DNA of 64,000 nucleotides from Williopsis jadinii (taxonomy: Eukaryota), in contig AP024664.1 in NCBI GenBank assembly GCA_024346625.1, positions 62,001-126,000 on the forward strand. Direction: 5' to 3'. Every line of letters starts with the position of its first letter. Position 1 is the stretch's first letter. The position numbers and the translations under genes are program-made. The notes beneath the pieces were generated by a model, which saw nothing but the letters and a program-made list of their open reading frames with translations, was not told the DNA's origin and made no database searches. Shown here one piece after another: positions 24,042 to 34,395 of the stretch.

Positions 24042-24174
24042 ATCGATTAGAAGACGCTTCCTGTCCCAAATATAAAAAAAAAGAAGCAAAGCTCTTATAC
24101 ATATTGATGGTGTAATAATAATGTAATAATCTCGCAACGATGGCTGTAGGCTGGTGCTGCGTAGTGTGCACTTG

Positions 24175-24235
24175 ACACCCAGACACCTGAACATCCGGAC
24201 ACTCATACACCCATACACCAATACACCCAGACATC
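24175..24235 (+). promoter_or_regulatory. Four Rap1-like sites at 16-bp period
   Basis: ACACCCAGACACC (24175), ACATCCGGACACT (24191), ACACCCATACACC (24207) and ACACCCAGACATC (24223). Confidence 0.7.
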
Positions 24236-25419
24236 TCTGGCGGAACAAAAGGGTCGGCCCCTCCGGTAGGGGAAACACTAGTGGTTGAATGAAAACACCT
24301 TCTCTTAACTATGGGGCTGGAGTTCCCGTACGACACATTCCCCAGCTCTCAAGTTTCAGCGAGTGTTCTTAACTCCACGGTTAAATCATGCGACGGTGTG
24401 CTCAGCACATCCTGTAGTTTACCCCCTTCCACCGTTATTGCTTTGTCTCGTTCAAACTCAACCCAGGGAACATCAGAGGACTCTGCCTGTGTGTTCTTTC
24501 CCTCGTTGTTGTCCCTCGTTGTTCCTCTGGCCAAAAAGGCTCAAAAACCCAAAATCACACGGCGGTGCGTGCATTCAAGACAGGCTTTGTTCACCGTTTC
24601 AGCCGGACGGAACACATTAGCCGGACGGTGGGCGTACTTTCTCCCTGGTGCTCGCTGCTCAGCGTGTGTGTGTGTGTGTGTGTGTGCACTTGGCCTGAAA
24701 GGAGACCCACAAGAAAAGGGCTCAGGATGTGTGTGGTGGGAACGAAGATCTCAGTACACCAGGGGCAGGAGCGTTCAAGCGCAAGCCATTCGTAATACAC
24801 AACCAGGCACATACAAGCTGGGGCCCTCACTGATTGGATCTTGATACCACAAGCGCACACTGCAAGCCGGGGAGAACAGCAACAGCGTACACACAGAGCT
24901 TCGACTGCTCATTATTACCTCAGCGAAATACGTCTTTTTCTTGATTCCGTTGCTCGGTAATTTCAAGCGTTGAACAAAGCGGTGAGGAAAAAAACAACAA
25001 ACAGGCCAACGTCCTTTTGCATAAAATGCCGCTATGTACTGCAAGATCGTACCAAAAAAATTCACTAACAACGAGACAAAAGTGTGCTTCCGGGAAACAA
25101 CACCAAGCGCACAGGAAGGGGACCAATCGATTGGAGCAATGAGATGATCTGACGGAATGGTTTGAGATTTGAGATTTTTTTTGTCTTTTTGTCTGCTGCT
25201 GGTATGCACAAGTTATGGTCTCTGATGCAGAGCAGTGGATGGGAGTGGAATTCTGTATGGCTGCTGGTTGTTGGTGGAAGTTCTCTGCCCTCTAACTTTT
25301 CTTTTTCACAGGGCTATACATAATGGTATATATATAGCCCTTTGTCTCCATCTTTTGGCGTCGATCAGTAGAGTGCGTTGTTTATACTTGTCGTTTAGGT
25401 CTGTATATAAGAGAGAGAT

Positions 25420-26688
25420 ATGGACAGTAGTACCACTGGAGAACAGATGAGTACTATGGAACAGCTTAACTTCAACAACTACAACATCGTGCTACCACCA
25501 GTCCACAAAGTCATGCTTCCTCCGCCGTCGCAGATATGGGAGTACAACAACAACGGTGGGATGAGAATGCAGTACAACACCAACCCTGTGGGAAATGGCC
25601 CCAGTAACGGCGTGAGCCAGCTACAGCAGATGCAACAGATGCAACAGATGCAACAGCAGTTGCAACAACAATCACAGCAACAGTCACAGCAATCTCAACA
25701 GCTACAACAGCAGGCACAGCTCCAAGCACAACAACAGTTACAGCAACAGCAGTTACAGCAACAGTTGCAACAGCAGCAGCAGTCACAGTCTATGCAACAA
25801 CAACAGCAATCACAGATACCGGCACACATACATCAGGCCCCACAGTACGCCAACTTCTACGACAGTGCCGCCACGTCCTTGGGCACAAACACTCCCATCA
25901 CTCAGACGCCTTCGCCAACAGATCATATGCAACCTATGCTCCAGCTGAATGGTGCACATTCCTCCACGACGACGAGCTCGCTGTCGAACTCCGTCACGAA
26001 TGCGGATGCTTCAAAGTTCAAGGCCAAGAAACCGAGAAAGAAGAGACAGTGCCCGGAGTGCTCCATGTGGTTCTCGAACCTTTCGACACACAGGGCAATC
26101 CATCTCACTCCTGAGAACAGACCATACCTGTGTCAGATCTGTGGCCGGGGCTTTTCCAGATCCAATGACCTGTTTAGACACAGCAAGCGCCATTGGAAGG
26201 AGATGGGGGACGACAAAGGCGCGTTCAAGTGTCCCTTCAACACCAATCTGTTTGGCTCCGGTGAATTGAACAAGGAGACGTCGTCGCTGGTGCCATGCCA
26301 TCCAACCGGTATCTTCTCGAGATGCGATACGTATAAGAACCACTTGAAGGCGTTACACTTTGAATACCCTCAAGGAACGAAGAAGAAGGACAGAGCTGGC
26401 GTCCGAGGCCGTTGCAAACATTGTGGTAAGACATTCAACAACGTGAACGAATGGCTCGACCTTCACGTTGAGACCGGTGAGTGCGGGTTGAACCATGATG
26501 GTAGCCACACCGATAGCACGGATACTAAGACAACCAACACTACAGGCAACAGTGGATCTGTTGCTAATGGCAGCATCAATGCGGGCGGGATGGCCATTCC
26601 TCAGAACGTTGGCATGCCAATGTCCATGCCAATGCCGATGAGTATGCCGATGAATATGAACATGCCTATGAACATGAACCTCAAATGA
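25420..26688 (+). CDS. STP4: C2H2 zinc-finger transcription factor, Stp3/Stp4 family
   Basis: KKRQCPEC...H, RPYLCQICGRGFSRSNDLFRHSKRHW and CHPTGIFSRCDTYKNHLKALHFEYP, with a polyQ tract. Confidence 0.8.
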   Translation: MDSSTTGEQMSTMEQLNFNNYNIVLPPVHKVMLPPPSQIWEYNNNGGMRMQYNTNPVGNGPSNGVSQLQQMQQMQQMQQQLQQQSQQQSQQSQQLQQQAQLQAQQQLQQQQLQQQLQQQQQSQSMQQQQQSQIPAHIHQAPQYANFYDSAATSLGTNTPITQTPSPTDHMQPMLQLNGAHSSTTTSSLSNSVTNADASKFKAKKPRKKRQCPECSMWFSNLSTHRAIHLTPENRPYLCQICGRGFSRSNDLFRHSKRHWKEMGDDKGAFKCPFNTNLFGSGELNKETSSLVPCHPTGIFSRCDTYKNHLKALHFEYPQGTKKKDRAGVRGRCKHCGKTFNNVNEWLDLHVETGECGLNHDGSHTDSTDTKTTNTTGNSGSVANGSINAGGMAIPQNVGMPMSMPMPMSMPMNMNMPMNMNLK

Positions 26689-27910
26689 AGAACTATTAGA
26701 AAGTGTATCCGCATATACCTATTATTATTATTATTATTGTCATTATTATCGTTATTCTCTCATCATCTGTTATTATCCACAGTATTGTAAGCGTTATAGC
26801 TCCTGTTACCATAGCGGGCTGTCGGCTCCGATGCCATGGCAACAGAGATCACACTGTTTATGTTGAAGAGCGCATACTCCGCGTAGATCAGCATCCAATC
26901 GGAATGGAAACACTGCCGATGCCGGGCAAGGATCACTTACTTCTCGCTGGTATACACACGAGGGAAGGTTGCTACACACATCCTTTCCTCTGCTGATTGT
27001 CAAAGGGTGTCTTGGTACTCTCTCCAGCTGGCATCACGAACAATGTGTGATCCACCGAAGCACTGGGCAGATATAGCAGCGGAGTTACAAGGGTACGCAT
27101 CCCTACATAAGATCACTAGAACTGTACGTTATACATCGCCAGTTCTATAACTGAGCAGCAGTCGCTTGGCTTGGTACATGTGGAGTTATAGCACCGCCAT
27201 TTAACGCTCTGCCCGTCGCACCAAGCTCCACAGATTAGCCCTGGGGCGCTTGCAAGGTGATGTGCTGTTCCCTTCATCTTCCACTGCTGTGAAAAGGCTT
27301 TAAACCATCGGATCGGAAGGAGCGAATGGCTGCGTTTTACGACAATTGACAGACGGCTCAACAGGCATTGCTCGGTGTGCGTGTGTATGGCGGCGGCCTG
27401 GCAAGAAGCAAAAACCAACCCTTTGAACGAGATCGTGGGGTGGTGGGCTGAGCCTGGCGGTGGGCTGAGCCTCGTGGGGGTGCTAGCCTGCTGCCACGCA
27501 GCCGTGACACGGAACTACCACTCGCCCTCAACTCCAGGCTCTGTGCTTTTGTTCGATGTGCGTTGTTTTCCCAATTGGAGAGGATCGGTTCGAACGGCTG
27601 TTTTCGCACAGGACAAAAATCACACACAGACGTGGCCAAGGAGGCTGACGTGGGGAGCGCACAGGAGGATAGTTTTGTTGGGCGCACACATCCCAACACC
27701 AGCTTACGTAATACACATCCGGACACCTTTGTATGCTGTCCCCACCGGATGTGTCTCGTCGGTGAAAATTTCTTTTTCCGCCTTCTTTCTTTTTTTTTCT
27801 TTTGGCTCTGTAAATCATCAACAGCATAAACAACAGCGTGAACAACAGCGTAAACAAGCAGGGCGGTTAGGCAAAACCACAGGCGGATATCTTTGGAAAG
27901 TGAACAGACA

Positions 27911-28444
27911 ATGGAGGCAACAGGACTTTCGAGATCGATATCAAAAGTGCGGTCGAAACTCAGTGGGCTGAAGCGAAATGACGAGTCAGCATCGGCATCA
28001 GCATCATCATTGGCACCATCAGCATCGGCACCAGCGCCCGTAACGGCGTGTATAAGTCCGGATCAGGCTGATCCAAACACACCCATACTCGCTATGAAGT
28101 ATATGGGGTCAAGCGACCGTGTTGACCTTCAAAACTCCAACGATAGTGAGAATTCCAACGCGAATCTAACGTCCACGAATCATATTCCACAGCTTTCCAT
28201 GTCAACCAGCACGCCACCTTCCTTGGAGTCGAACAAGACCCCTTCAATGGCAAGTCTGGAAACTGTGCTGTTACCCTCGATACCTTCTATACAGAGCTTG
28301 CACGAGATGGACGGCTCAGTACGGAAAGACACAACCACGCACGTCGTGACGAATAACGACTTCGCAGATGCAATGGCGCAGAGCATATTGGAGAAAGTTG
28401 ATATCGATGCAACGACAAACGAAACAGACCATTGGAAGATTTGA
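27911..28444 (+). CDS. Hypothetical low-complexity protein (~177 aa)
   Basis: ATG-initiated Ser/Pro-rich ORF with a plausible compact C-terminus (ETDHWKI). No family recognised. Confidence 0.6.
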   Translation: MEATGLSRSISKVRSKLSGLKRNDESASASASSLAPSASAPAPVTACISPDQADPNTPILAMKYMGSSDRVDLQNSNDSENSNANLTSTNHIPQLSMSTSTPPSLESNKTPSMASLETVLLPSIPSIQSLHEMDGSVRKDTTTHVVTNNDFADAMAQSILEKVDIDATTNETDHWKI

Positions 28445-29038
28445 GCACTTCTCCCACTTCCTATTTTTTACGACTAATGTGATACCGTCTCTTTGACTTA
28501 CAACTCCACATGACTAAGTACAAGAGCGATGAAGTTGGCCCTTCATTGATACAAAGGAGCCAACTCTATGTTTGATGCAATCCCTTTTTAATGACAAAGT
28601 ATAGACTGGCTGTGCACCCTCCGCCATTTTGTAATATCGTGTAAACCCTCAAGAGGAACTGCTTTGACAATCTGTCGGAATCAGATAGATCGAACACACT
28701 ACAAATGATCTACTCGGTGCAAGCACCATGCTCTGTACTAATACATCCATTTACTCTGTAATTGAATATTATAATCTTTCTGGTTAAAAAAAGCTTTGTA
28801 TGTGTTTGTCTGTGTGTGACTCCTCTGTAATTGCAATGTCAAACATCATCATTGATACCAAAACGTACAACTCTCCCTTTCTTCTTGAAAGAAGACCATA
28901 TGTAATGGTCAATGATATACATCACAATACAGAACAGGTCACTTGTTTTGTTTTTCCTGGGTGTCTGTCTATAGTGCGGTCATAAACTCATCTGCTTGGA
29001 TCAGCTTATCAAATGTGGCATGTGGCCTTTCCATCTCC

Positions 29039-29358
29039 TTAGGCCTTGACTGTTCTAACACCGGCAGTTGGTGATCTAAGAGCAGCGTCACCCTCGGCGT
29101 AACCACGACCAAGACCGAAACCAACACCGAGCCAGACTGGGAAGGATCTTCTCTTGAAAAGGACAACACTGGCGAGGACACCAGCCCCGAAACCAAGACC
29201 GGTCTTTACCAATGTGTTGGAGATTACAACGTCCCAACGGTCGTTAAGCAAGGAGGAGGATGGTGTAGCAGTAACTGGGGCAGACACTTGGGCAATTGTT
29301 AGAAACGGAACATTACTCTTTGCTTTTTCGCTAGCATACAACACTTTAACTACTCACT
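29039..29358 (-). CDS. MIC10: MICOS subunit Mic10; complement(join(29039..29286,29358))
   Basis: [24 protein letters not shown]...[14 protein letters not shown]. The ATG is formed by splicing A|TG across a 71-nt intron. Confidence 0.9.
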
Positions 29359-29573
29359 ATTGCTTTGTTTTGCTTTTCTTTCTCGCTGGTTCAAAGTGTC
29401 GATTGAAGTATTAAACGTCTTCACCTACAATTCAACAGAAACAAGTTTCGAAAAGCCCAATTTTGGACAAATCAAAAGCTGCGATTTTTCGGGAAACTGG
29501 CGAGATTCCATGCATAAACGTCACGCCGTGTGGTGTGCGGTATGCGAGACTTATGCCGGTATCCGGTTGTTAG

Positions 29574-29618
29574 GGTGTCTGGGTGTTTGAATGTCTGGGT
29601 GTTGTGGTGTTCGGGTGT
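29574..29618 (-). promoter_or_regulatory. Three Rap1-like sites at 16-bp period in the MIC10/PRD1 divergent promoter
   Basis: GGTGTCTGGGTGT (29574), AATGTCTGGGTGT (29590) and GGTGTTCGGGTGT (29606). Confidence 0.65.
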
Positions 29619-29731
29619 TTCCAAACAACTCCTTGGCCCCGAGGGCTTTAACCCGTTTCCAGCTACTTTCAACTTCTACAGACTTATCCAATTCATCTTG
29701 CTATCCCCAATCCCACAGAGCAGACACATTT

Positions 29732-31771
29732 ATGCTTAGACCTCTGTTCAACTCGATTAGAAGGATGAGTACGAAGGCATTGATTCCACCGCAGCAGGCC
29801 CCTTCCTGGAAGACAACTCCTGCAGAGATCTTGAAACAGGCCCAGGACCTCATCGATAGGGCAAAGTCCCTTGACGATGAGCTGGCCTCTGTTGAGTCCC
29901 CTTCAATTGCCAATGTCCTTGAGAGACAGGCTCAGTTCAACAACGCCAATGCTCTTTTGGAGAACCAATTGACTTTCCAACAGCACGTTTCAGAGGATAA
30001 GGAGATTAGAGATGCCAGTACGCAGGCGGAAAAGTTGCTGAGAGACTTTGGAATCGAATCCCAACAGAGGGAAGACGTTTACAAGAGCTTCCAGGCGCTA
30101 CTGGATACCGTTTCCCTTGATGAGTTGGCACCAGAGACCAAGAGATACCTGGAGAAAACCGTTAGGGAGTACAAGCGTAATGGATTGGGCTTGCCAGTGG
30201 AGGATCGTCTTGAGGTCAAGGAGATTCAGAAGAAGCTATCTGATTTGAGCTTGAAGTTCTCCAAAAACTTGGGTGAAAACACGGAGTACATCCTGTTCAC
30301 AGAGGAGGAGCTTGAAGGTGTTCCGAAGGACACGGTGGAGCAATTCGCCAAAGTTGATGGCAAGCTCAAGATGACTTTCAAATACCCTGACTTGTTCCCG
30401 GTGTTGAAGTTTGCCAAATCTGCTGAGACTAGAAAGAGGGCATTCATTGGTGATCAGAATAAGAATGCGGACAACGAGCACCTGCTTGTCGAAGCAATCA
30501 AACTGAGAAAGCAATTGGCTAAAAAGCTAGGCTACGAGACCTTTTCTGATTACGTCTTGGAGGAGAGAATGGCCAAAGACACGAAGACCGTTAAGGCCTT
30601 CTTGGAAGATCTTAAGACCAAGCTGAAACCTTTAGGATTGAAGGAGCGTGATGTTTTGCTAGAGTTGAAGAAGCAAGACTGCGAAGCCAGAGGGTTGGCA
30701 TTTGACAATGAATACTATGTTTGGGATAACAGGTTCTACGATAATCTCTTGTTGGAGAAGGAGTTCCAGATCGATGAACAAAAGATCTCAGAGTACTTCC
30801 CTATGGACTCCACTATTGAAAAGATGCTCGGGTTCTTCGAAAAACTGTTCAACTTGAAGTTTGTTGAACAATTGGAGTCAAAATCCACCTGGCATAAGGA
30901 TTGTAAGCAATTTGCTGTTTGGAATGAGGACGACAAGGCCAGCCCACAGTTCGTCGGTTGGTTGTACTTTGACTTACACCCTCGTGATGGTAAGTATGGA
31001 CATGCTGCCAATTTCGGTATTGCACCAGGGTACACTAAGGAGGATGGCTCACGTTCATACCCTGTAACTGCCTTGGTTTGTAACTTCTCCAAACCAACAG
31101 CAGAGAAGCCATCCTTGCTGAAGCATGACGAAGTTACAACGTTCTTCCATGAATTGGGACATGGTATTCATGACTTGATGGGCAACACCAAGTATGCAAA
31201 GTTCCATGGAACCTCTGTCTCCTGGGACTTCGTCGAGGCACCTTCTCAGATGTTGGAGTACTGGACTTGGTCACCAAATGAGTTGAAGCAATTGTCATCC
31301 CACTACAAGACTGGTGAGCGCATACCAGATGATTTGGTTGCCCAATTGGTGAAAACCAAGCATGTTAATGGTGGCTTATTCAACTTGAGACAACTACACT
31401 TTGGACTGTTTGATATTACGATCCATTCATCTGAGGAGGACATCGATTTGACATCCTTCTGGAACAAATTGAGACAAGAGACGGCGTTGGTTGCAAATGG
31501 TGATACTGTGTCAAAGGGGTTCCAGTCATTTGGACATATCATGGGTGGTTACCAAGCTGGTTATTACGGTTACCTGTGGTCCCAAGTTTTTGCTGCTGAT
31601 ATCTACTACACCAAGTTCAAGCAGGATCCAATGAATACCGCAAATGGTGTCCTATACAGGGACATTGTGCTAAGCAGAGGTGGTTCTCGTGATGAGATGG
31701 ATAACTTGAAAGAGCTATTGGGTAGAGAACCAAACAATGAGGCCTTTTCGAAGGAATTGGGACTGGCTTAG
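29732..31771 (+). CDS. PRD1: Saccharolysin / thimet oligopeptidase (M3 family)
   Basis: FFHELGHGIH zinc motif, DFVEAPSQMLE and GYYGYLWS. Short basic presequence before a second ATG at 29765. Confidence 0.94.
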   Translation: MLRPLFNSIRRMSTKALIPPQQAPSWKTTPAEILKQAQDLIDRAKSLDDELASVESPSIANVLERQAQFNNANALLENQLTFQQHVSEDKEIRDASTQAEKLLRDFGIESQQREDVYKSFQALLDTVSLDELAPETKRYLEKTVREYKRNGLGLPVEDRLEVKEIQKKLSDLSLKFSKNLGENTEYILFTEEELEGVPKDTVEQFAKVDGKLKMTFKYPDLFPVLKFAKSAETRKRAFIGDQNKNADNEHLLVEAIKLRKQLAKKLGYETFSDYVLEERMAKDTKTVKAFLEDLKTKLKPLGLKERDVLLELKKQDCEARGLAFDNEYYVWDNRFYDNLLLEKEFQIDEQKISEYFPMDSTIEKMLGFFEKLFNLKFVEQLESKSTWHKDCKQFAVWNEDDKASPQFVGWLYFDLHPRDGKYGHAANFGIAPGYTKEDGSRSYPVTALVCNFSKPTAEKPSLLKHDEVTTFFHELGHGIHDLMGNTKYAKFHGTSVSWDFVEAPSQMLEYWTWSPNELKQLSSHYKTGERIPDDLVAQLVKTKHVNGGLFNLRQLHFGLFDITIHSSEEDIDLTSFWNKLRQETALVANGDTVSKGFQSFGHIMGGYQAGYYGYLWSQVFAADIYYTKFKQDPMNTANGVLYRDIVLSRGGSRDEMDNLKELLGREPNNEAFSKELGLA

Positions 31772-31826
31772 GTTACAAGAAATCGAAATCTTTACAGCCA
31801 ACTAGGATGTGTAGATTGTAATTGGA

Positions 31827-32942
31827 TTACAAAGAAAAGACAACTTTCTCAGCAGAGACCTTACCATCTCTCAACAGGTCGAATGCCTCATTGGCACTGT
31901 TGAAACCAGGAGCCAAAACCTTCAATTGGGCATGTTTCAACTTTGGAATCAGCGAAGGGAGTTTGGACTTCCAGAAGTTGTTGTAGCGGGAAAGAATAGA
32001 GGCATCTGGGCTCATCACAGCTCCAAACAGCTCAACGTCTTCACCGTTGGCCACATATGCCAGTGTAGAGGGAGCAACAGTGATGCTAGCTGGATCACGG
32101 TCGTCTTGCTTGATTGATGACAGTGGTAACATCAACAAGTTATCCAGTGATGCCTTCTCAGAGTCCCTTGTAGCATCGTACACTGATTGCCACGTCTCTG
32201 GCTGGGCCACTGTGTCCAAGGCATACTTGATGGCACCCTTAGTAGCTGCACGAATCTGAGCAATGGCATCCTCATCGTGATAATCAACAACCACATCTGC
32301 GCCCAATGTTTTCAAGTACTCGGTGTGCTTCTTGGAAGCCACCGTGACAACTTTGATACCCAATCCCAACTTGGCTACTTGGATGGCAAGGATGCCTGTA
32401 GCAGTGGCACCTCCCCAGACGAGCAAGTACTCATCGGAATGGTCCACGGCTGGGTCAATGTTCAAATTGCCCACAAGCGACAGCACCACAGTGGTCAGTC
32501 CCAGTGTAACAGATGCGGCACCTTCAAAGGTGTCGATAGCACCTGATCTGTACTCTCCCACTGGCAACTTCTCAGCAGGGAATTCACCACCATTTGGGTA
32601 TTTGATTGTGGTCTCAACATCGCCAATGATGTACTCGGCAAAGCAGCCTCTGTCATGGACAAAATTACCGTGGGAGAAAGTGGAGACAACATCGCCAACT
32701 TGGAAGTCTGTGACACCCTCACCAACTTTGTAGACGACACCGGAGGCATCGGAGCCTGCGATGTCGCCCGTGTGTGATTGCTGGAACTCGACATGTTTCC
32801 AGTCTGTTGGGTTCGCAGCGTAGGCAACAGTCTTCACGACGATCTTGCCGGCTGGTGGCTCAGGAATCGCAATCTCTGTGGTCTCAACCCAATTGGAAGG
32901 ACCAGCATTGGCGGGGATCGTGGCAGCACGTTGGTTGGTCAT
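31827..32942 (-). CDS. Zinc-independent MDR / trans-enoyl reductase-like oxidoreductase (YNL134C/YLR460C family)
   Basis: AANPTDWKH, GSDASGVV, LVWGGATATG and KVSAEKVV. Confidence 0.88.
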   Translation of the reverse strand: MTNQRAATIPANAGPSNWVETTEIAIPEPPAGKIVVKTVAYAANPTDWKHVEFQQSHTGDIAGSDASGVVYKVGEGVTDFQVGDVVSTFSHGNFVHDRGCFAEYIIGDVETTIKYPNGGEFPAEKLPVGEYRSGAIDTFEGAASVTLGLTTVVLSLVGNLNIDPAVDHSDEYLLVWGGATATGILAIQVAKLGLGIKVVTVASKKHTEYLKTLGADVVVDYHDEDAIAQIRAATKGAIKYALDTVAQPETWQSVYDATRDSEKASLDNLLMLPLSSIKQDDRDPASITVAPSTLAYVANGEDVELFGAVMSPDASILSRYNNFWKSKLPSLIPKLKHAQLKVLAPGFNSANEAFDLLRDGKVSAEKVVFSL

Positions 32943-33273
32943 TGGTATGATTTGTTTGTTGAAGAAGTGCCGAACAAGAAATAGGCGGAAGCGAGGGATG
33001 AGGTGGAGAGGGAAGAACGTAAATTTCCCAGAAGCGTTTGGTGCCTTTATAATAACACCGACACCCACATACGGCTAATTGCTTGATTTCTAATCCATAT
33101 TTCCCACGACTTAAGCTGAGGAAAGGGACGGAAATGTGGTCTATACCGTGTCGTATGGTGGGGGGGGGGGAGCTGTAGTAATTTGTCACGGTTTTTGGTT
33201 AGAAAAGCCTCATTTGTTAGAGCACTGTAAAATGGTGATGTTTGCACTTTGAGGGTGTTCATCCATGATCATA

Positions 33274-33350
33274 CCTTTGTGTGATTCTTAAAGACAGAAC
33301 AGAGGTGGTGGCTTTAGAGGAGCATGAACGCACTCCTCGTGTGTGTGTGT
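33274..33350 (-). ncRNA. Candidate omegaRNA 3' scaffold remnant, copy 1
   Basis: Conserved with copy 2 beyond the ORF end. Hairpin GAGGAGUG-cguuca-UGCUCCUC at 33338-33317. Confidence 0.5.
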
Positions 33351-33887
33351 GTCTGTTGAGATGCGTCAAGACACTTGATGAGGATATGTTGCGAGCGCCG
33401 TTGATGTCATGGTCGACAGACAAGTTGTAAGAGGCACAGTGGAGGGTGCGGTCGGCTAGAGACAGTGTGTGTTTTATTGTCCCACATGCCTTGCTCGTGT
33501 ACTCTTCAGTCATTCTCGAGAGGCGTGTCCCCCTGACTTGACATTTGAAGGCCAAACGCTGGTAAGAGGCGGAATGCGAGCCCATCATCAAGTTTTTGTT
33601 CATCCCACGGTTCCGGTTCATGCTTACCAATTCTTGACTTTCGGATGGTGGTGGCACGATGTTTTCGTAGGATGACGTTAGATGTCTTATGATTTGCCAA
33701 TGATTGTCAGCCACCATATCTGTTATTTTTTGTATAGTTTACGGCATTGCTTTGACTTCCCTGCGGACTGCATCTCGTCTATCTTCTTCTTTAACGCCAT
33801 TGTTTTCTCCCTGTGCAATGAGAGATGAAAGGAGTCCCCAGTGTGCTCTTCGGAGTTCAGCTTAATGTTTCCAGTTAGATCGACGTC
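33350..33887 (-). pseudogene. Fanzor2 / IS607-TnpB nuclease C-terminal remnant (frameshifted)
   Basis: KLYKK/ITDMVADNHWQIIRHLTSSYENIVPPPSESQELV...SH..YQRLAFKC...TEEYTSKACG...C..Y...DHDINGARNI. Frameshifts near 33725 and 33385. No clear RuvC-I (DPG) motif. Confidence 0.88.
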
Positions 33888-34049
33888 ACAATATATCTTT
33901 CACTAGCAGTAAGATGTATATGGCCTCAGTTAGAGTCCTCCGAATCTTTGTATAAAGCTGTACTGGTTTTGTGTCATTTTTGTGTTGATAAGAGTTCAAA
34001 ATGTAAACAATGCAGAGGATATTGAAAACATCCTAACATTTTTACGATT

Positions 34050-34395
34050 GCTGAGGCAACGAAGAACCAGAGATATATAATGCTACACGTTGTGATTTAT
34101 CTTAAAAGAGCCATTGGTCCAATCAAGCTCAATGTCAGCATATATGGTGATGTAGATGTGTTCTTTTGTTTTTCTCGTCAGTTTTCCCAAGTTTTGTTTT
34201 GTTGCTGAGATATAAGAAGATTTATGTGTTTTTCGTGATTATACCATGCAAACTATGAATGGTTATATCTCAGAAAGTATTGAAGGTAACATGCTCAGAC
34301 TTTGTGTCTCTCTTAAAGTGGGTAAGAGCTACATTGTGGTATACTTTGGGTAAATTTGAAGGGGGTTGCTATTTTTATTAGTACCATTCTAATTC
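34050..34395. repeat. Direct repeat A1 (~345 bp), homologous to 37245-37590
   Basis: 34180-34393 aligns closely with 37377-37589 (e.g. AAACTATGAATGGTTATATCTCAGAAA; AAATTTGAAGGGGGTTGCTATTTTTAT). The upstream part is more diverged. Confidence 0.88.

Noticed and set aside
24311..25209. Several overlapping ORFs upstream of STP4
   Set aside because: Promoter DNA with a (TG)n microsatellite and A/T tracts. No recognisable protein, mostly non-ATG starts.
33259..33717. Functional 152-aa nuclease as listed in the ORF track
   Set aside because: It lacks RuvC-I and the N-terminal domains, has frameshifts at both ends and has lost Zn ligands.
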